Assembly (NCBI GenBank): GCA_012295275.1
Contig: CM022667.1
Coordinates: 6,076,001-6,140,000 of the forward strand
Reading direction: 5' to 3'
DNA: 64,000 bases
Origin: Chrysomallon squamiferum
Lineage: Eukaryota; Animalia; Mollusca
The translations under genes were made by a program, and so were the position numbers. The notes beneath the pieces were generated by a model. It worked only from the letters and a program-made list of their open reading frames with translations. It did no database searches and was not told the origin of the DNA. Positions 40,788-55,399 of the stretch are shown one piece after another. How positions within the stretch are numbered: the stretch's first letter is position 1; each line of letters opens with the position of its first letter.

Positions 40788-42124
40788 TTAAAATAAAATA
40801 AAACAGAAATATTAAAAGTGAATGTAAAACATTATTTCCTTTATCAGCCCGTTATTACGACACACATTTCAACAGTTATTTGTAATAAATTCCATTAAAG
40901 ATTTACATAAACATTCTGAATTGTTAATAATAATAATTGTAATCAAAAAGAAAATAAGAGATAAAAAGAGAGAAATTAAAATTAAATAAAATTTAAAAAA
41001 ATACCCAGAGGAAAAAATAATTAAGAATTAAAAGATAAGTTAAAACAAAAAAACACTTTGATAAAAAAATAGAATAAATAAGTAAGTAAACAAATAAATA
41101 AATAGAAAAATAAACAAACAAATAAATTAATAAATAATTGTATTAAGATGGCCATAAGTTAATACAATTTTCCCATTTTAATTAAATAAACAACTAAACT
41201 GACTCCCGCTATAAGCAGTACTACTGCCATTGTTATAACATGAATTCCTATTCGTTTTTGAAGTATTCTGTCATTTTATACTATAATTACTATACAAAGA
41301 AAAATAGACGGGTGAAATATGCTTAATATCTATATTTCTAAATAATTTTCTGGAAATAAGATAATAAATGACCTGGAGAATTCTAACATTTAGAAAAGCT
41401 AAAAAGAAAGTAATAATAAAAATGAGAAAATATATCTTCTGTTTCTAAATAAAACGTAATCTGTGTAGATTCCAAATCACAGAACTGTCAAAGAACCCAG
41501 GTGCGAGGATAATTTTTAGTTCCTAATTATTGTTTTGATTTTTAAACTTTTTTTGTATTATTATTGAGCCTTAAAATTTATATTAAATTATAATTTTACA
41601 TTAATACAATAATAATAAAAGGGGTTTCAGTGACATTAATTTTAGTACAGCCTGCTACAATCCACACATCAATATCAGGCATTACTATAATCCAGTAGTT
41701 TCAGTGAAATTATGCAAATAATAAATGTGTTAACTTTTTCTAGGTAAAATATCTAAAAAAGTGTTTGTACTTCAACACTGTTACCCTCTGTCAGTATTTC
41801 CTCGTCCTTTGTAAACATTTTGGAAGCAAATTTGTTAAAATGCAGAATTTGTTTTTTTAACAAAAAATAGAAAATTAGTAAGATTCAATAAAATAATCTA
41901 CTTTTCACACATGTTTTAACATGATAGACAGTCATGAATTTATTCACAAAAAAATAATAAATAAATAAATAAATAAATAAATAAACAGCAAACAAAATAT
42001 ACCATTTTGAAGCTTTCAGTGCTGGACAACACTTAAGATCATTTCATGTCTTTCAGTCATTCAGATGTCCTTTATAAAAGCGTGTATTACAGAGAAGTAA
42101 GATTAATAAACAAAAAATGCATAC

Positions 42125-42262
42125 CGCAAGATGATGATGTGTTTTGCTTTCTTCGTCTAAGGAACAATACAAGGAGAACAACAACCACAATGACAAGAAC
42201 AACAACACCAGCAGCAACACCACCTGAAACTGCCACAATCTTAGAACTTCCTGGATCTTTTT
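42125..42262 (-). CDS. Gene D: transmembrane exon
   Basis: Identical to the gene B TM exon. Confidence 0.9.
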
Positions 42263-42502
42263 CTGCTAACAGATTTACAAATAAGAAAAATGTGAATTTT
42301 CTATATGAAACGTTAAAAAATGTAATTACGTTAAAACTTAAAATTAATAATTTTAAAAATGCTAAAAGCTTACAGATATTATCAAGACAGCAAATATAAT
42401 TTCAAGATGCAAGAATATATATATATATATCCTTTTCATCAATTTCCTTTGTTCATATTATAATAACCATAATATTTCAGAGTATCAGTCTGTTAATTTT
42501 AC

Positions 42503-42808
42503 CTTCTGCAGTAATACTAAGTTTCACAACAAAACCTCTTCTTTTTCCCCCATTTGACACAACAACCTGATACATTCCAAAATCTTCTTGTTTAACATTT
42601 GTCAGTTTATATTCACCTACAGCAGACACATTTGTAGTGAGTACAGGTTGTGTAGATCCAAGACTTTTATTGTTTACATCTGTGAGTTTATACCAGGTAA
42701 ATGTTGGAACTGGATTGGCAATCACAGACATGTGTAGAGTTACATTTCCACCTTCTACAGAAGCAAATTTGTTCTGAACTGTATCTCGATGATCAGCTCT
42801 TGGTGAAC
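42503..42808 (-). CDS. Gene D: Ig5 exon (intact)
   Basis: 306 nt open frame, ORF 42477-42842. Confidence 0.9.
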
Positions 42809-43011
42809 CTGGAAAAGTCAAACTAGTGATTAATTTTATCAATAAAAATTGTATCCAAACAATTACTTATACATACGGATTGATTATTTGTGTCAACAGT
42901 AAAATCTAGATAAAATAATCTATCTATTTATCTATCTATCCAGGTCTATATATATATATATATATAAAAAAACACAACTAAAATAAATAAATAATAAATA
43001 AATAAATAAAC

Positions 43012-43042
<31 letters not shown>

Positions 43043-43597
43043 AATACCTAAATGTTTTACCCTCTACACTGACCATTAATTCTAGTTCTAGATGACATTT
43101 CCGGTGAAATGTAAAGCGGAGAACATAACATAAAGAAAACTGATAGAAGCTGTTTAGTTTGATCCACTATTTGCAGGGAACTAGTAGGCCCCATCACATG
43201 TTTTTGACAAACTTGTCAAACCTTGAAGTATGACATTTCAGGAACTATTCATGCAAGAGAACACATATTTTGCATTTCTGATACAGAATCAACAAACCTA
43301 CCAGTTACAGCAAGATCTGATTAACAAGTACAATTTTAAAACATTTTCAGTCCATACAATATTTTCACTGATATATTTGAAACATATGAGGATAATTCAC
43401 AAAAGTTAAATGTCTTTTTTTCATCTTCTTTTTGTTTAGGTAGAAATATGTTGTAATGTTTACTAAAGAGCCTTGAGAGTAGTGCACAGTTTCATTCTTT
43501 AGTTAATGTATTGCGACATGAAGGAAGCAGTGTATATTTAGTGGGTTTTTTTCAAAAGTAACTAAAACAGTACAAATAATGTTACAGCATTACATAC

Positions 43598-43876
43598 ATG
43601 TGACAAGAAGCTGCACTCTTTGACTGACATAAAACTTGATGTTGTTTCCTGCTTCACAAGTGTAAAATCCTGTATCCAGACATCCAGCTTCATTCCAGCT
43701 GTACTCCACTGACTTGGAGTTTTTCACTTCACGTAGAATGTGTGAGTTGTTTAACAGTTTGATGTGAGATGCTGGATTACTGTCAACTTCACATCTCAGA
43801 GACATTGGAGTCAGTTCATCAACTGTTATCTTTGTAGACTTTGAGTTTAAAGTGAAAGATGTTATTGAAGTCTCAT
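43598..43876 (-). CDS. Gene D: Ig4 exon
   Basis: 279 nt, AG/gtatgt. Confidence 0.9.
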
Positions 43877-45356
43877 CTGCAACAAGTAAAAACACTGCAA
43901 AATATTTTGTTAAACACATTTCAACATTAAGTAACGAATATTTTTGCAAATTCAGTAGTTATAATCATTCATATTGGGTTGTTAACAAATCATTAAAATA
44001 TTTGATATGTAACATGATATGGCTAAAAACAATTTTAAAGTTCTCTTGAAAGTATATGTATTTTAAAAAGCAGAAAACAGTTTCACTTTTCACAGATTGT
44101 ATTTCTGTATTAAAAACCAAATCAATACTTTGAAGGAGACTCTGAATTCAGATAGCATTCTTGTTGTTTTAACTCTAAAAACCAGTGTTGAATTTTAGCA
44201 GACACAGAAGTATGTGGATGTCACACAGTGAAGCAAATTTGAACGAAAAAGAATCAACTAAATGGAATTATCCATGTTTATATAAAACAAAATTGAAGTC
44301 CTTGAAGAATAAGGATATGCAGTTAATGAATTGATGAAAAATGTTCTAGAGACAATGTAGTTAGAAACAGAGTCTACAAGGTAACAACTGAAATTCTCCT
44401 GTGTAATGTCAGACTGAAATAGAAAAATAAATATCATGTGAACACAACCTGAAATTCATTATGTATGTATGTATGTATGTATGTATGTATGTATGTATGT
44501 ATGTATGCATGCATAGTTGGCTGTTTATTGAGCCTGAAATAAAGCATAAGTCACTTTTAAATTATTTATATTTAACAGTGATTAACATAGAACAAATTTA
44601 ATTCATCGACTGTTATCTTTGCAGACTGAGTCTAAAGTCAAAGATATTACTAAAGCATGATCTGTAACAAATAAAGAATTACTGAAATCATTAATTGTGT
44701 TTGACAGACAATTCTGGTAAAGCACGTTTTAGAAGTCTCCAACAGTTGAACTGATTTATTTTGATGAAGAATAACTGAGCTAACAGGATGACGTCTGAAT
44801 TTAAAAATTGTTAAAAGTTCCTGTTTGATGTTTTTCTTTCTTCGTCTTTTTTTTTTTTTTTGTTTTATCTTTGTAATATAACCAGTCTATATTTATTTAT
44901 TCATTTATTTATTAAATTATCTATGTTTTCAAGTAGTTAAACTGAACATTATTACAGTTGCATATCTCAGATAATATAAAAACTTTAAGTAAGAATATTA
45001 TAAATGTGTTTACATTATATTTCTGAATGTATTTCATTTTGATAAATCTATTAGAATTGAATCTTTTGTCACCATTTTCCTGTCTTTATGTTTCTTTTTA
45101 TCCACGTTTTTTCCATCGTTTCCTTCTTTCTAAATTGTGTATGTATGTATGTGTGTATGTATGTATGTATATATATTCTTTTTCTCTTTAAAAGCTTTCC
45201 CTCTTTCTTTAATATTGAGTTTTTAATGTGTATAAAATACAATACTTTTATTCAAGAACATCATTCATGTCACTACTTATTTTTATCTTTGTTAAACAGA
45301 TATTAATGTTCAAGTACAAATCCTTTTTGAAAATCAAATTCTCTATGTTTACTTAC

Positions 45357-45611
45357 ACTGAACATCCAAGATAACAGTTTTGTTGTTTGACTTGTTTGTG
45401 TTTACATTGGTGACAATACACACACAAACTCCAGCCTCTGTTCTGAGTATTTGTGTAAAAGAAAGTACAGCATCATTTATTTCCTTTGTCTGACACTTCC
45501 ACTTGTAAGTGCAGACTTCATCACAGTCTGCCTCACACCAAACAGCCACGTTTTTACCTTCTACTATCTGTACTGGTGAACTTCTGTTCAGTTTAACGTT
45601 TTCTGGACCAA
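45357..45611 (-). CDS. Gene D: Ig3 exon
   Basis: 255 nt, CEADCDEVC motif. Confidence 0.9.
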
Positions 45612-45996
45612 CTGACAATGAAAATAAATCATTTGGTTTGCTTTTTTTTATATGATGATAATAATAGTGCTAATAATAATAATAATAAAAAATAATAATA
45701 ATTGTACTTTCTCTCTACGGTAACTTAATAAATAAAATTAAAAAACAAAAATAGTCTAAATTTTATAATACTTATTACTAATTCTTTCACACGCACACAT
45801 GCACATACCAAAAATTTACCTTTAAATTATTAATAAAACGTGTTTAATAGTTCTTTCATTCTTCATATTTTTACTCTTTGAAATAAATGATTAAAGTATG
45901 ATAATTTGCAACAAAAAATTTAAAATGTACAATTGTTCAAAAATGACAATTTAGTTCAAATTACTTGTTTAAAATACTGAAACTAATCTTTGTTTT

Positions 45997-46027
<31 letters not shown>

Positions 46028-46037
46028 CATACATACA

Positions 46038-46071
<34 letters not shown>

Positions 46072-46073
46072 CA

Positions 46074-46107
<34 letters not shown>

Positions 46108-46141
46108 CATGCATGCATACATACATACATACATACATACA

Positions 46142-46191
<50 letters not shown>

Positions 46192-46375
46192 AACCAGTAT
46201 TTCATAGATTTATTCTGCAGATTTTATCACATTGCTAATAGTAGCTAATAATACAAAGATAATTAACAATTTAGCACTGACAATAATAATTTAAAATAAT
46301 TTGAAAACATAACAAATTAATTTAGATCAGTTATAAATAAATAAATTTCTTAGATTATTTTTAAACAAAACTCAC

Positions 46376-46630
46376 AGTGTACTTTCAGAGTGAAACTTTT
46401 AGTGAGAGATTTGGCTGAGACTCTGTTAGTCACAGTACATGTGTACTTCTGTCCTGTCTGGTTTCTTCTCACATTTGTAACTCTGAGCTCAGACCCTGAC
46501 TCAGTCTGTTGATTGTTAAGAGACCAGGAAAACAAACATGGCGGCTTGCAGACAGCAACACAGTTTACATTCAAATCATCTCCTTCGTCAACATTTCCTG
46601 GTAAACTGAACACAACACTGTCTGGCCCAC
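46376..46630 (-). CDS. Gene D: Ig2 exon
   Basis: 255 nt. Reads GPDSVVFSLPGNVDEGDDLNVNCVAVCKPPCLFSW...GQKYTCTVTN. Confidence 0.9.
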
Positions 46631-47531
46631 CTGAAATAATAAATAATAACAAGAAATAAATAAGTAAAAACATAATAAATATAAGTATGCACATTGAATA
46701 GTACACAACCTTGCCCATCCGAAACAATATTATAAATTGTATAATTTACTTGTCACTCCGTGTGATCTAAGCAATTAAAGTAAAGTCAACAAAATATTGT
46801 AAAGTCAGAACAGAATTTTATGCGGAATATTTATATATATAAAAAAATATATACAAAATGAGATAAATAACAATAATAATAATAAGAAGAAGAAGAAGAA
46901 GAAGAAATAGATGGTATATAAAATATTCTATCTCTGCCAATCTTTATTACAAACCTAATGAATCTGTTTATACATTTAATATTTTATAATTTTTAATCCA
47001 TAATCTATTTTATTGTAACATCACTGAAAGTTACATACAGCAGGTTTCTCAAATTGTAAAGCCAAGGTGTTCTTTTGTTGGTTCCATGTTCTGTTTCAGA
47101 GAAATACACTATTCATATTTGGAGTTTTGAGATTCATCATTAGAACAAATGGAAATTCAAGTTTCCACTGCATTTTTTTAATTATCTTTCTTACAAAAGA
47201 CCCATAATATTTGATAAAATAAACACATAATAAACACATAAATATGAATAAAACCAGTGAATTTATTTTAGAGTTTCTTGGTATTTTTTTGTAATGAATT
47301 TTTCCAACCAGTTGGGTTAAACAAGATTTTGGCCCAATCTATATGATTATAAAAGGTTAGAGAAAACCAGAAATATAGATACATCAAGACATGTACACAA
47401 TTTCAATGTAACAAAAGTATCAAAGAATAAAATTTCATAATTTTCACAGGTGACAACCAATCAAGACTGAAGTTTACGAATTTTTCTAATTTTTAAATTG
47501 TTTTGTTTTTTAACAGTTTCGGTAAACTTAC

Positions 47532-47598
47532 ATGAATAAGCAACACTGTTCAACAAGAAAACAGTTAAAATCAGTTGCTTGTCAACAGTCATAAACAT
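47532..47598 (-). CDS. Gene D: signal-peptide exon
   Basis: MFMTVDKQLILTVFLLNSVAYS, phase-1 donor gtaagt, paralog of 22851-22917. Confidence 0.8.
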
Positions 47599-48839
47599 CG
47601 CAGACATAATTAATTAATTATAAATAACGTGAATACTTTAAATAAAAAATCCCGTTCTGAGAAGAAACGACGCTTTCACTTGCTGTAAACTTCCTCGTTT
47701 GTTTCTGTCAACAATGCGTACTTTTATCCTGATTTAATTAATGCAGTAAGATTCCATTTTAGATTTAAATTAAAGTTACAGTATTATAGTGACTAAATAT
47801 CATACAAATCCTTGCTTTGATGTTTTATTAAATTACTGGCGATCATTTGATAGCACAGACTACCTCACCGCGAACTTCCACTAAGTTTACAGTACTGAAT
47901 AAGAAACTGGAAACGAGGCTAGACATTATCTCGACAGCGGGTAGGTACAGAGAGTTATGGCCCGAGATGAGGCTAAACATGTTCAAGTGATCTAAAATTA
48001 ATATATATATATGTATATATGTTTATATTATTTATTTATTTATTTTTTAAATTATTTATTTATTTATTTATTCAATTTTATTTAGTTTTGCCAAACCTAA
48101 TTTAATATTCTATAAAATTATATATATAATTTCATTTTATCCTTTCATACATTTTAATTTTATTCTGCTTTTTCCAAATGTATGTTTGCTAGTAATACAA
48201 CTCACGTCACAGAATGGTGTTAGAAAGTATTTTTAGCCGTAAGACGTATATACAATTTGATAGACTATAAAGATAACTTTAAAACAGTTTCATTAATTAA
48301 AAACGAACGTTTCAGAAAACCCTTATTAATATGAGACAATCTGTGTTTTTTTTCCCTATTCTTAAACGTAAACACTTTATTATTTCTTGTATAACAGGCC
48401 AGTCTTTGTCCTGGAAGGGTTTCTAAACAGTTTAGTAACCATAACGTCACTGTGATACATCTAGAACATATTGAGTCAAAACTGAAGAAAAGACTTAAAA
48501 CTGACACACAAATAGAGTTTAACTATTCGCTGATGGTAAATAATTTGATTTACAAATAGGATTATTCTACACAGCAAATATATTTTCTTAGGAAGAAGAC
48601 TGTTTTTTTTTCCGCGACAACTATTTGAGTATCATTCGCTGATTATGTGAAGATGTAGACACTGCTAGGATAGAAATTAACATACCTACATGTCTTTAAT
48701 CTCTTTTCACAGATAATAAACTAAAACCGCACAGTATGGGGTTTTACAGTTCATATCTTGATATATATTAGGCATGAACTGTTAAGTAAATTTAAAATAT
48801 CACATTTACTTCTTTAGTTACAATTTAAGTAGCACCGAT

Positions 48840-48856
48840 CATTATTATTATTATTA

Positions 48857-48932
<76 letters not shown>

Positions 48933-49290
48933 GTTGTTGTTGTTATTGTTATTATTATTATTGTTATTGTTATTGTTATTATTTGTTTACATTTTCATTA
49001 TTAGTCCTGTGTTTAGTGTTGCACGGATTCTGGTTTTCTGTTCCTAGAAGAGTAATCTTCTCTTGTTTTGCTATGAAGATGTTACTCTGGATCTTCCAGA
49101 TCCTTCTTTGTAACTGGGCTCTTGTTCTTCTCATCTCCCACATCTTGCTGATCTCTATTTCAAGTCGTTTGTACATTTCTGTGTCTGACACATTTCTCTC
49201 TGAAGGTACTGTCCTGTCAATGAGCAGGCAGGTCTGTTTCTTCTTGTTCTTCACAAAGGAATTACATGTAGGCCTAATTACTTAATGTTC
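48840..49290 (-). mobile_element. 3' fragment of a restriction-like-endonuclease non-LTR retrotransposon (R4/Dong-like) ending in (TAA)n
   Basis: KNKKKQTCLLIDRTVPSERNV...KRLEIEISKMW...QEKITLLGT resembles the PD-(D/E)xK C-terminus of such elements. It abuts a long (TAA)n tract at 48840-48980. Confidence 0.7.
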
Positions 49291-49574
49291 CGACTGCCCC
49301 AGAAAGCAACCAAACAAGCGAAAACAAAATCCTGTAATCATCATTTTATTTGAATTTTTCTTCAGATTGCTATTATGGATCCTTTGCACTTTTTTGTGGG
49401 GATTTTTGTTTTTTTTCTTTTTGGTGGGGGCGGGGAACTAAATTTTCAATGCATATCAGCTCCATGATATCGAACAGTTCGGCAGGCATCTCTATAATTA
49501 TTAAATATATTCAAATTTGTTTTCAAGAACACTGATTCAATCATTGATGGAGTACACGAGGAATATTCATTTTC

Positions 49575-49609
<35 letters not shown>

Positions 49610-49779
49610 TTTTTCACACGTTGTTTCGCTCTTCAAACAAAAGAAAGAAAGGTAATAATTAAAGACAACACCAGAACAATTCAAATGACGATCTGGTTTG
49701 AGAGCAAAAATCCATTCACTGTACTGCTATGAGATTACTGATTATATAGTGATTATATTATTAGTGATGACAGTATCAG

Positions 49780-50620
49780 GTCCCCCATAACAGTATCTAT
49801 GACAAGTTCAAATTTTGAGGAGGTATCATAATCAATTGCAGTATCAAATGTGCCTTTTTTGTTCCAGTAGGCAACCACTACATACACTGGTTTGTACGAA
49901 CCTTTTCTGTACCCTTTCTACCTTCCCAGAGTACGTCACGTTAATCTGAGATGTAGCGTCAAACCACAGATGACACAAGTCTCTGCTCAAAACCGTATGA
50001 GACATAATATCTGCCAGGTCTGACAGGACTTTTTCTTGCAGTTCAGGAAACGCTGACATAATGTTCTTAGTTTTCAGAGATTTCAGTGTTATTTCAACTT
50101 CCATCTCTTTTTTATTTATTTATTTGTGTTTTTTCTTCTTCTTTTCTCTGCCCACAATGTCTTGCCGGTTTTGTCAGCTGGGATGTAGGATCGTTTTCAA
50201 AGTAGCTACTGTACTGTCTAAAAAAGCTGCTGTCGCAATAAGTCAGTACAAAAGGATGTCTCTGACCAGATCATACTTGGAATATGCAGAAGTGACAGCA
50301 TTGTAACAGATCGTAAATTACATTACTAAAGGAATCTCAATCTCTCTCAGCAGATACATTAGAGCTTTGGCAGCATTAGCAAGTGCATTAAACACATTCT
50401 TTACTTCTCTGATGGCTTTAACTGACTGGTCCTTCTGCTGAAATAGAAAACATTTTAATCCACGGGCCTGTCAACAGTTTTCCAGTCAAACCGACAACAC
50501 CTATGTCTCTGTCAGCGTAACTAACCATCGGCGCATTTACGTAGTTAGGACGTAATGAAAATTACCTAATCATAACCAAGTCATAACGTAATAATTACGT
50601 AAATCTAACGTAATATTATT
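49780..50620 (-). mobile_element. Decayed coding relic, probably a DNA transposon (family not resolved)
   Basis: Higher GC, broken ORF (…LQEKVLSDLADIM…CHLWFD…YSGKVERV), clustered ACGTAA motifs at ~50520-50615. Confidence 0.35.
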
Positions 50621-51245
50621 CAGATTAACCTTAAAGTAAGAAGAACTATATTAGATACAATTATATTAGTCCAAGCTTTATATTAGAAAATGGGCGAACA
50701 ACAACAACAATATCAACTCTATAAGCATAGTTCCTAATAACATATGAATGGAAATACTTTAGCATATCAAACTTACTAACAAAATAGGACAAAAATGTAA
50801 ACCGCTCTTAAAACAAGTCAAAAGAAAACAAAAATAAATATTGGTTACTGAAACAGTTTTGACAAACACATTTCCTACTTTACCGTTCCAGCAGACAACA
50901 CAACAACACAAATTTTTAAGATAGAAATATTATATTTATTCACTTATAGGATTTACATGAAAACTAGCTAGTATTCATTCAGTATAAAGCTTTACAACAA
51001 TCATAACTAATATATCAAAACCAAATGAGGTAGTAAATAAAGTAAATGAACATATTCAACATCACATTTCTAATAAACCGAGCTCTATCTGAAAGAGAAA
51101 CTCTAAAACAAGCCAGAAAGTGAAACATGCGTGATGCAAGACCAGTAGCAGATCTCAAGACCAAATTGCTTCAGAAGAACAGTTTACACAAAGAACGATA
51201 TATATATAAGTACGAGAACAAAGGAAATGGTTATAACTTATCTTC

Positions 51246-51371
<126 letters not shown>

Positions 51372-51762
51372 AAATTCTGAGAAACTCTTCAACACATAAA
51401 GTTATTTCAAAACATAAAAGAATAAATTTGTTCATCTAATTAATTAATTTGTTAAATATTATTTAAAACGAATCACAGAAACAAGCAACAGTAAATTTGT
51501 TAAGAACATTCCAGTAGTGATCTCAGTACTGAGAAAATAAATCACTAGTGATGATTTCTGAGCTGCAATGAATAATATACAAGAAATAAAATTAGCTGAC
51601 GAAATCAAATTAACAACGTTTAGTCAGATACATATAAAATTTTCGTTACTTTTATCTTAAGCAGAAGTTATGAAAACGTAGCCGATAATAATACATATTT
51701 ACTTGAGTGGCTAATTAAAACAAGTTCGCTTTTGGAAGAACACCAATTTAATCAAAAATATA

Positions 51763-51887
<125 letters not shown>

Positions 51888-51899
51888 CACCAAATAATG

Positions 51900-51985
51900 C
51901 ACGCAGTAATTGTCCATACTGCAAACCTTGTGCGGGTGCCAAGTGATGTATCATCTGCGAAAATCAGAATAGAATAATAATCAGA
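51900..51985 (-). mobile_element. Tiny LINE reverse-transcriptase relic
   Basis: The minus strand reads SILIFADDTSL, the FADD catalytic motif typical of CR1/L2. Confidence 0.4.
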
Positions 51986-53934
51986 CGTATTTTCTTATTT
52001 GCATGTATTTATGTCATTTAAATATATCTTTATGTATAGCATTATTTATTTATTTATTTATTTTTTTAATACCATAACACTACACTTATCTACTGAATGT
52101 TTTGGTTAATTGTTTTTATTTTTTATTTTTTATTTATATTTTACTTATTTAACTAAGGGCATACTAACATAAGCGCTTTTGTTGGAGTGTTTATGTCGGC
52201 ACACTTAAGTCAGTGTACCGTGATCTGTAGATGCACGCGCTGCATTCAAGCCTATCTGCCTCTTCATGATCAAATCTAAACTCATTTTCTGGCTCTATTT
52301 AACTCATGCAGCCACATCCAAAGTCTTTAAAACCAAATTTTCAAAAGTGCAAGTCATTACACCATCTTTTAAAGAAAAATGCTACAAACTTAATTGTGAT
52401 TTTACGTTTGCTAACTTTCTTTCCCCAGCGCCTTGGACTAGGAATGTTTCCACCAACTATATTTATTTCTAAAGCTGTAGAAGTTCAAAGCTTGTTTATA
52501 GTACTGGCTAAAACTGATACTGTGTAACAGCTTTCCTCATTTAATGGCACAGCATTTCAACATTTTTCTATGAGCAAAACACATAATACATTTCCAAAGC
52601 TTCGATTCAAGACTATTATCATAATTTTCACATTCTAGTTATTTGAAGTTTTGTTCCATAGTTAGTGTTTCCTTAACATACTGAGTTAATATAAAACTTG
52701 TAAGGGCAAAAGTGACTAATAACAGAGTGTGCAAGAAAAGTGAACTTGTCTCTTTGATGTTACAGCGAAATTGACGTTGAGCGAAATTGACGTTGAATAA
52801 AAACTGAAAGCAATTCATCAGCTGTTAATTTGGAAAACAAGTTAATTTAAACCGTGTGAAGCAGGGATAGCTGTATTGCTATAATTTGTATTTCTATATA
52901 TTTGGATTACAAATGTGTAATGTATATGGTTACATAATATGCGATTTGCTAGTGTACACTGCACACTGTTATGGTGATTACAGTAGTCTTGACAGAAAAA
53001 ATAGAAAAAATACACAGAATTGGACATTGAAAAGTTTAATTGTTTTCATCATTGAAAGCTTATTTTGAAGGAAGAACGAAAACTAATGTAGCTCCATGGA
53101 TATTCAAACTGTGTACCACATTTCACAGAAATTCGTTCAGTATTTATAATGCACAGATCTGTTTATTAGGTACAAACAATGAAAAGTCTGGTAAGAAATG
53201 TAAAATTTATGTTAAGTCACAAGTGTCAGACTCATATGAATAATATTTCTTCTTTACTGGAACAGCAAACTTGATAAGACTTCACCTTTTTCAAGTGTAA
53301 TATCCTAATCTGTTATTCACATTATCTATATTACATCAAGGACTTATATCAGAACACAAATAAAAATGTATAAACTTTACTTATTATTATTTCGTATTAA
53401 GTTCTAGAATAACATAATTAACTTAATTACTTGCAAAAATTTATTTTATATTCCCAGAGGAAAAACATGTAAATGCTTTAAAATAATTGTCACTGTCCAG
53501 AGAAGAACTATGTGTTGTGTTTTTGTTTAATATGGACATTTGTACACCTTAATATCCAGTTTTACAGTTAAAATATATCCAGAACCCCCTTTTCTTAATG
53601 GAAAAATAACTGAAATGAGCTTTACACTGTACAGACTGTATTTTTAAAATTATTTATGTAATGCTAATGCCACAAAATACAGGCTTTACTAATACCTTTA
53701 TATCAATTTTTGTTTGTTTCAGGTTGTTAGGAAAACTACAAATAAAATGACAAATATATTCTTCTATTTCTGTAGTCACATTGCACAACTGCCAACATTT
53801 CATGTCAATACCAGGTTTGGATTCTGGCATCTGAGGTAGATATCAGTAGACTCGGCAATATCGGTGCATAAATTCTGTGAACAGTCGCTGTTGGCTCTTT
53901 GACTGTCTATCACATTATGAAACAGAAAACACAG

Positions 53935-54075
53935 CTAAGGAATATTATGCAGAGTGCAACTATGGGCAAAGTGAAGACTTGGAGAAAGTGCTGATGCAGT
54001 GGATATAGCTGTGTCACAATCAAAGCATGAAAATACCTGCCGATGTGCTGAAGTTCTAGGTCAGGAATTTCCAGG
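53935..54075 (+). mobile_element. Tigger/pogo CENP-B-type HTH relic
   Basis: Reads GQSEDLEKVLMQWI*LCHNQSMKIPADVLKF*, resembling the LEKALxxW...IP...LK segment of pogo transposases. Confidence 0.5.
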
Positions 54076-54347
54076 AAGTATATTAACATAAAAATATATC
54101 AGCAAAACGTTCAGTTAGCATTACTGAGTTCCCAGTAAGACCTAGTTTTGGAACATCAACCTGCTGTATGATTCACACAAACCTCAAGAATGTTGTCATA
54201 TTAATTAATCTCTCATTTTATTTTTCTCAGTTTACTTATAAATATTTAAACCTTAATTTCATATACTTGGATTTGTAGATTTTCTATCTTAGTTAGATAA
54301 TTACAGTAACATGTTTTGATAATAAAAATGTATTTATATCAACTTAC

Positions 54348-54689
54348 TTTCAAATGTTATTCTGATACGGTTGCTTTGTGTCTTATTTGTTTGCAGTGAG
54401 CACCACCAGTCAGTACGATCTAGTTCTGCAACATGATTTATCTTCACAGTGTAAGTTTTATTTTCTGATGTCGTATCCTCTGTTCCACTTCCACAACTGA
54501 CAACATAACCTGGTGGATAGGTGAACAGAACACATCCTTTTGTAGGAGATTGATCTACTGAAACAACTGCAGCTGTCGATGTTTCCCTGTTGATCAGTAT
54601 AAGATCATCAAGCCCAGCAGCATCTGTCACTGTACAGGTCAGAGTGTAAGAAGGAGGATTTGGTGAGCCAGACAATACCAGTGAAATAC
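54348..54689 (-). CDS. Detached type-2 V-like Ig exon
   Basis: 342 nt, tag/gtaagt, open frame. Reads ISLVLSGS...YTLTCTVT...LDDLILIN...GCVLF...VVSCGSGT...YTVKIN...DRTDWWCSL, homologous to 20017-20379. Confidence 0.85.
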
Positions 54690-54715
54690 CTACAAGACAT
54701 GCAAAAAGTAAAAAG

Positions 54716-54790
<75 letters not shown>

Positions 54791-55399
54791 CAAAGTAAAT
54801 AAATAAAAAAGCTATATTTCAGATGCATTAAACATTTATTAGTAGACTGTATTATTAAGGAGAGTTGTTTTTCTAAGAGTTATTTGTGTTTCTGGTTGTT
54901 TTTGTAAATTTATTAATTGTAATGTTTCTGCCTCAAAACTCTTTTTTTCTATTACTTATAGATCAAAACATTATAAATAAACAAGCGAAACAAAAGCACA
55001 GATACAAATAAATAACAGATCATAAGATCAGGTAAATAATGGAATTTCAAACTGAACACACATTAACATGCCACTTGAAATGATATCAATTATAAATATC
55101 AAATAGGAAAAGTCATTCTAAGCATTATTTATGTGACTACATCTTTATCTTTTATACATTTTGGCAAAACTGCAAATTAGGTTTGTTTCAAGGTCACCAG
55201 TTCCATGAGGTCAAATGCAAAGATCAAGAGCATAATTATTTAATACCATGACAATATTATTCAAATTGTGTGTGATGTGACATGCATAACTCAGTAACAA
55301 CATTCCAGGATAAAGTCAACTGATGTGAAAACACAGTTAATTGTTCAATAACCAAACTTTATTTAAAAATAATGTTATTTTTCTAAATCAATTATTTTT

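Larger units (their letters stand above)
34700..46170. repeat. Segmental duplication copy 2
   Basis: Colinear with ~4980-16484. Confidence 0.95.

Noticed and set aside
54300-54750. V(D)J-like recombination signals around V exons
   Set aside because: No heptamer-spacer-nonamer flanks the V exons. The CACAGTG at Ig2 ends is just the splice junction on the opposite strand.
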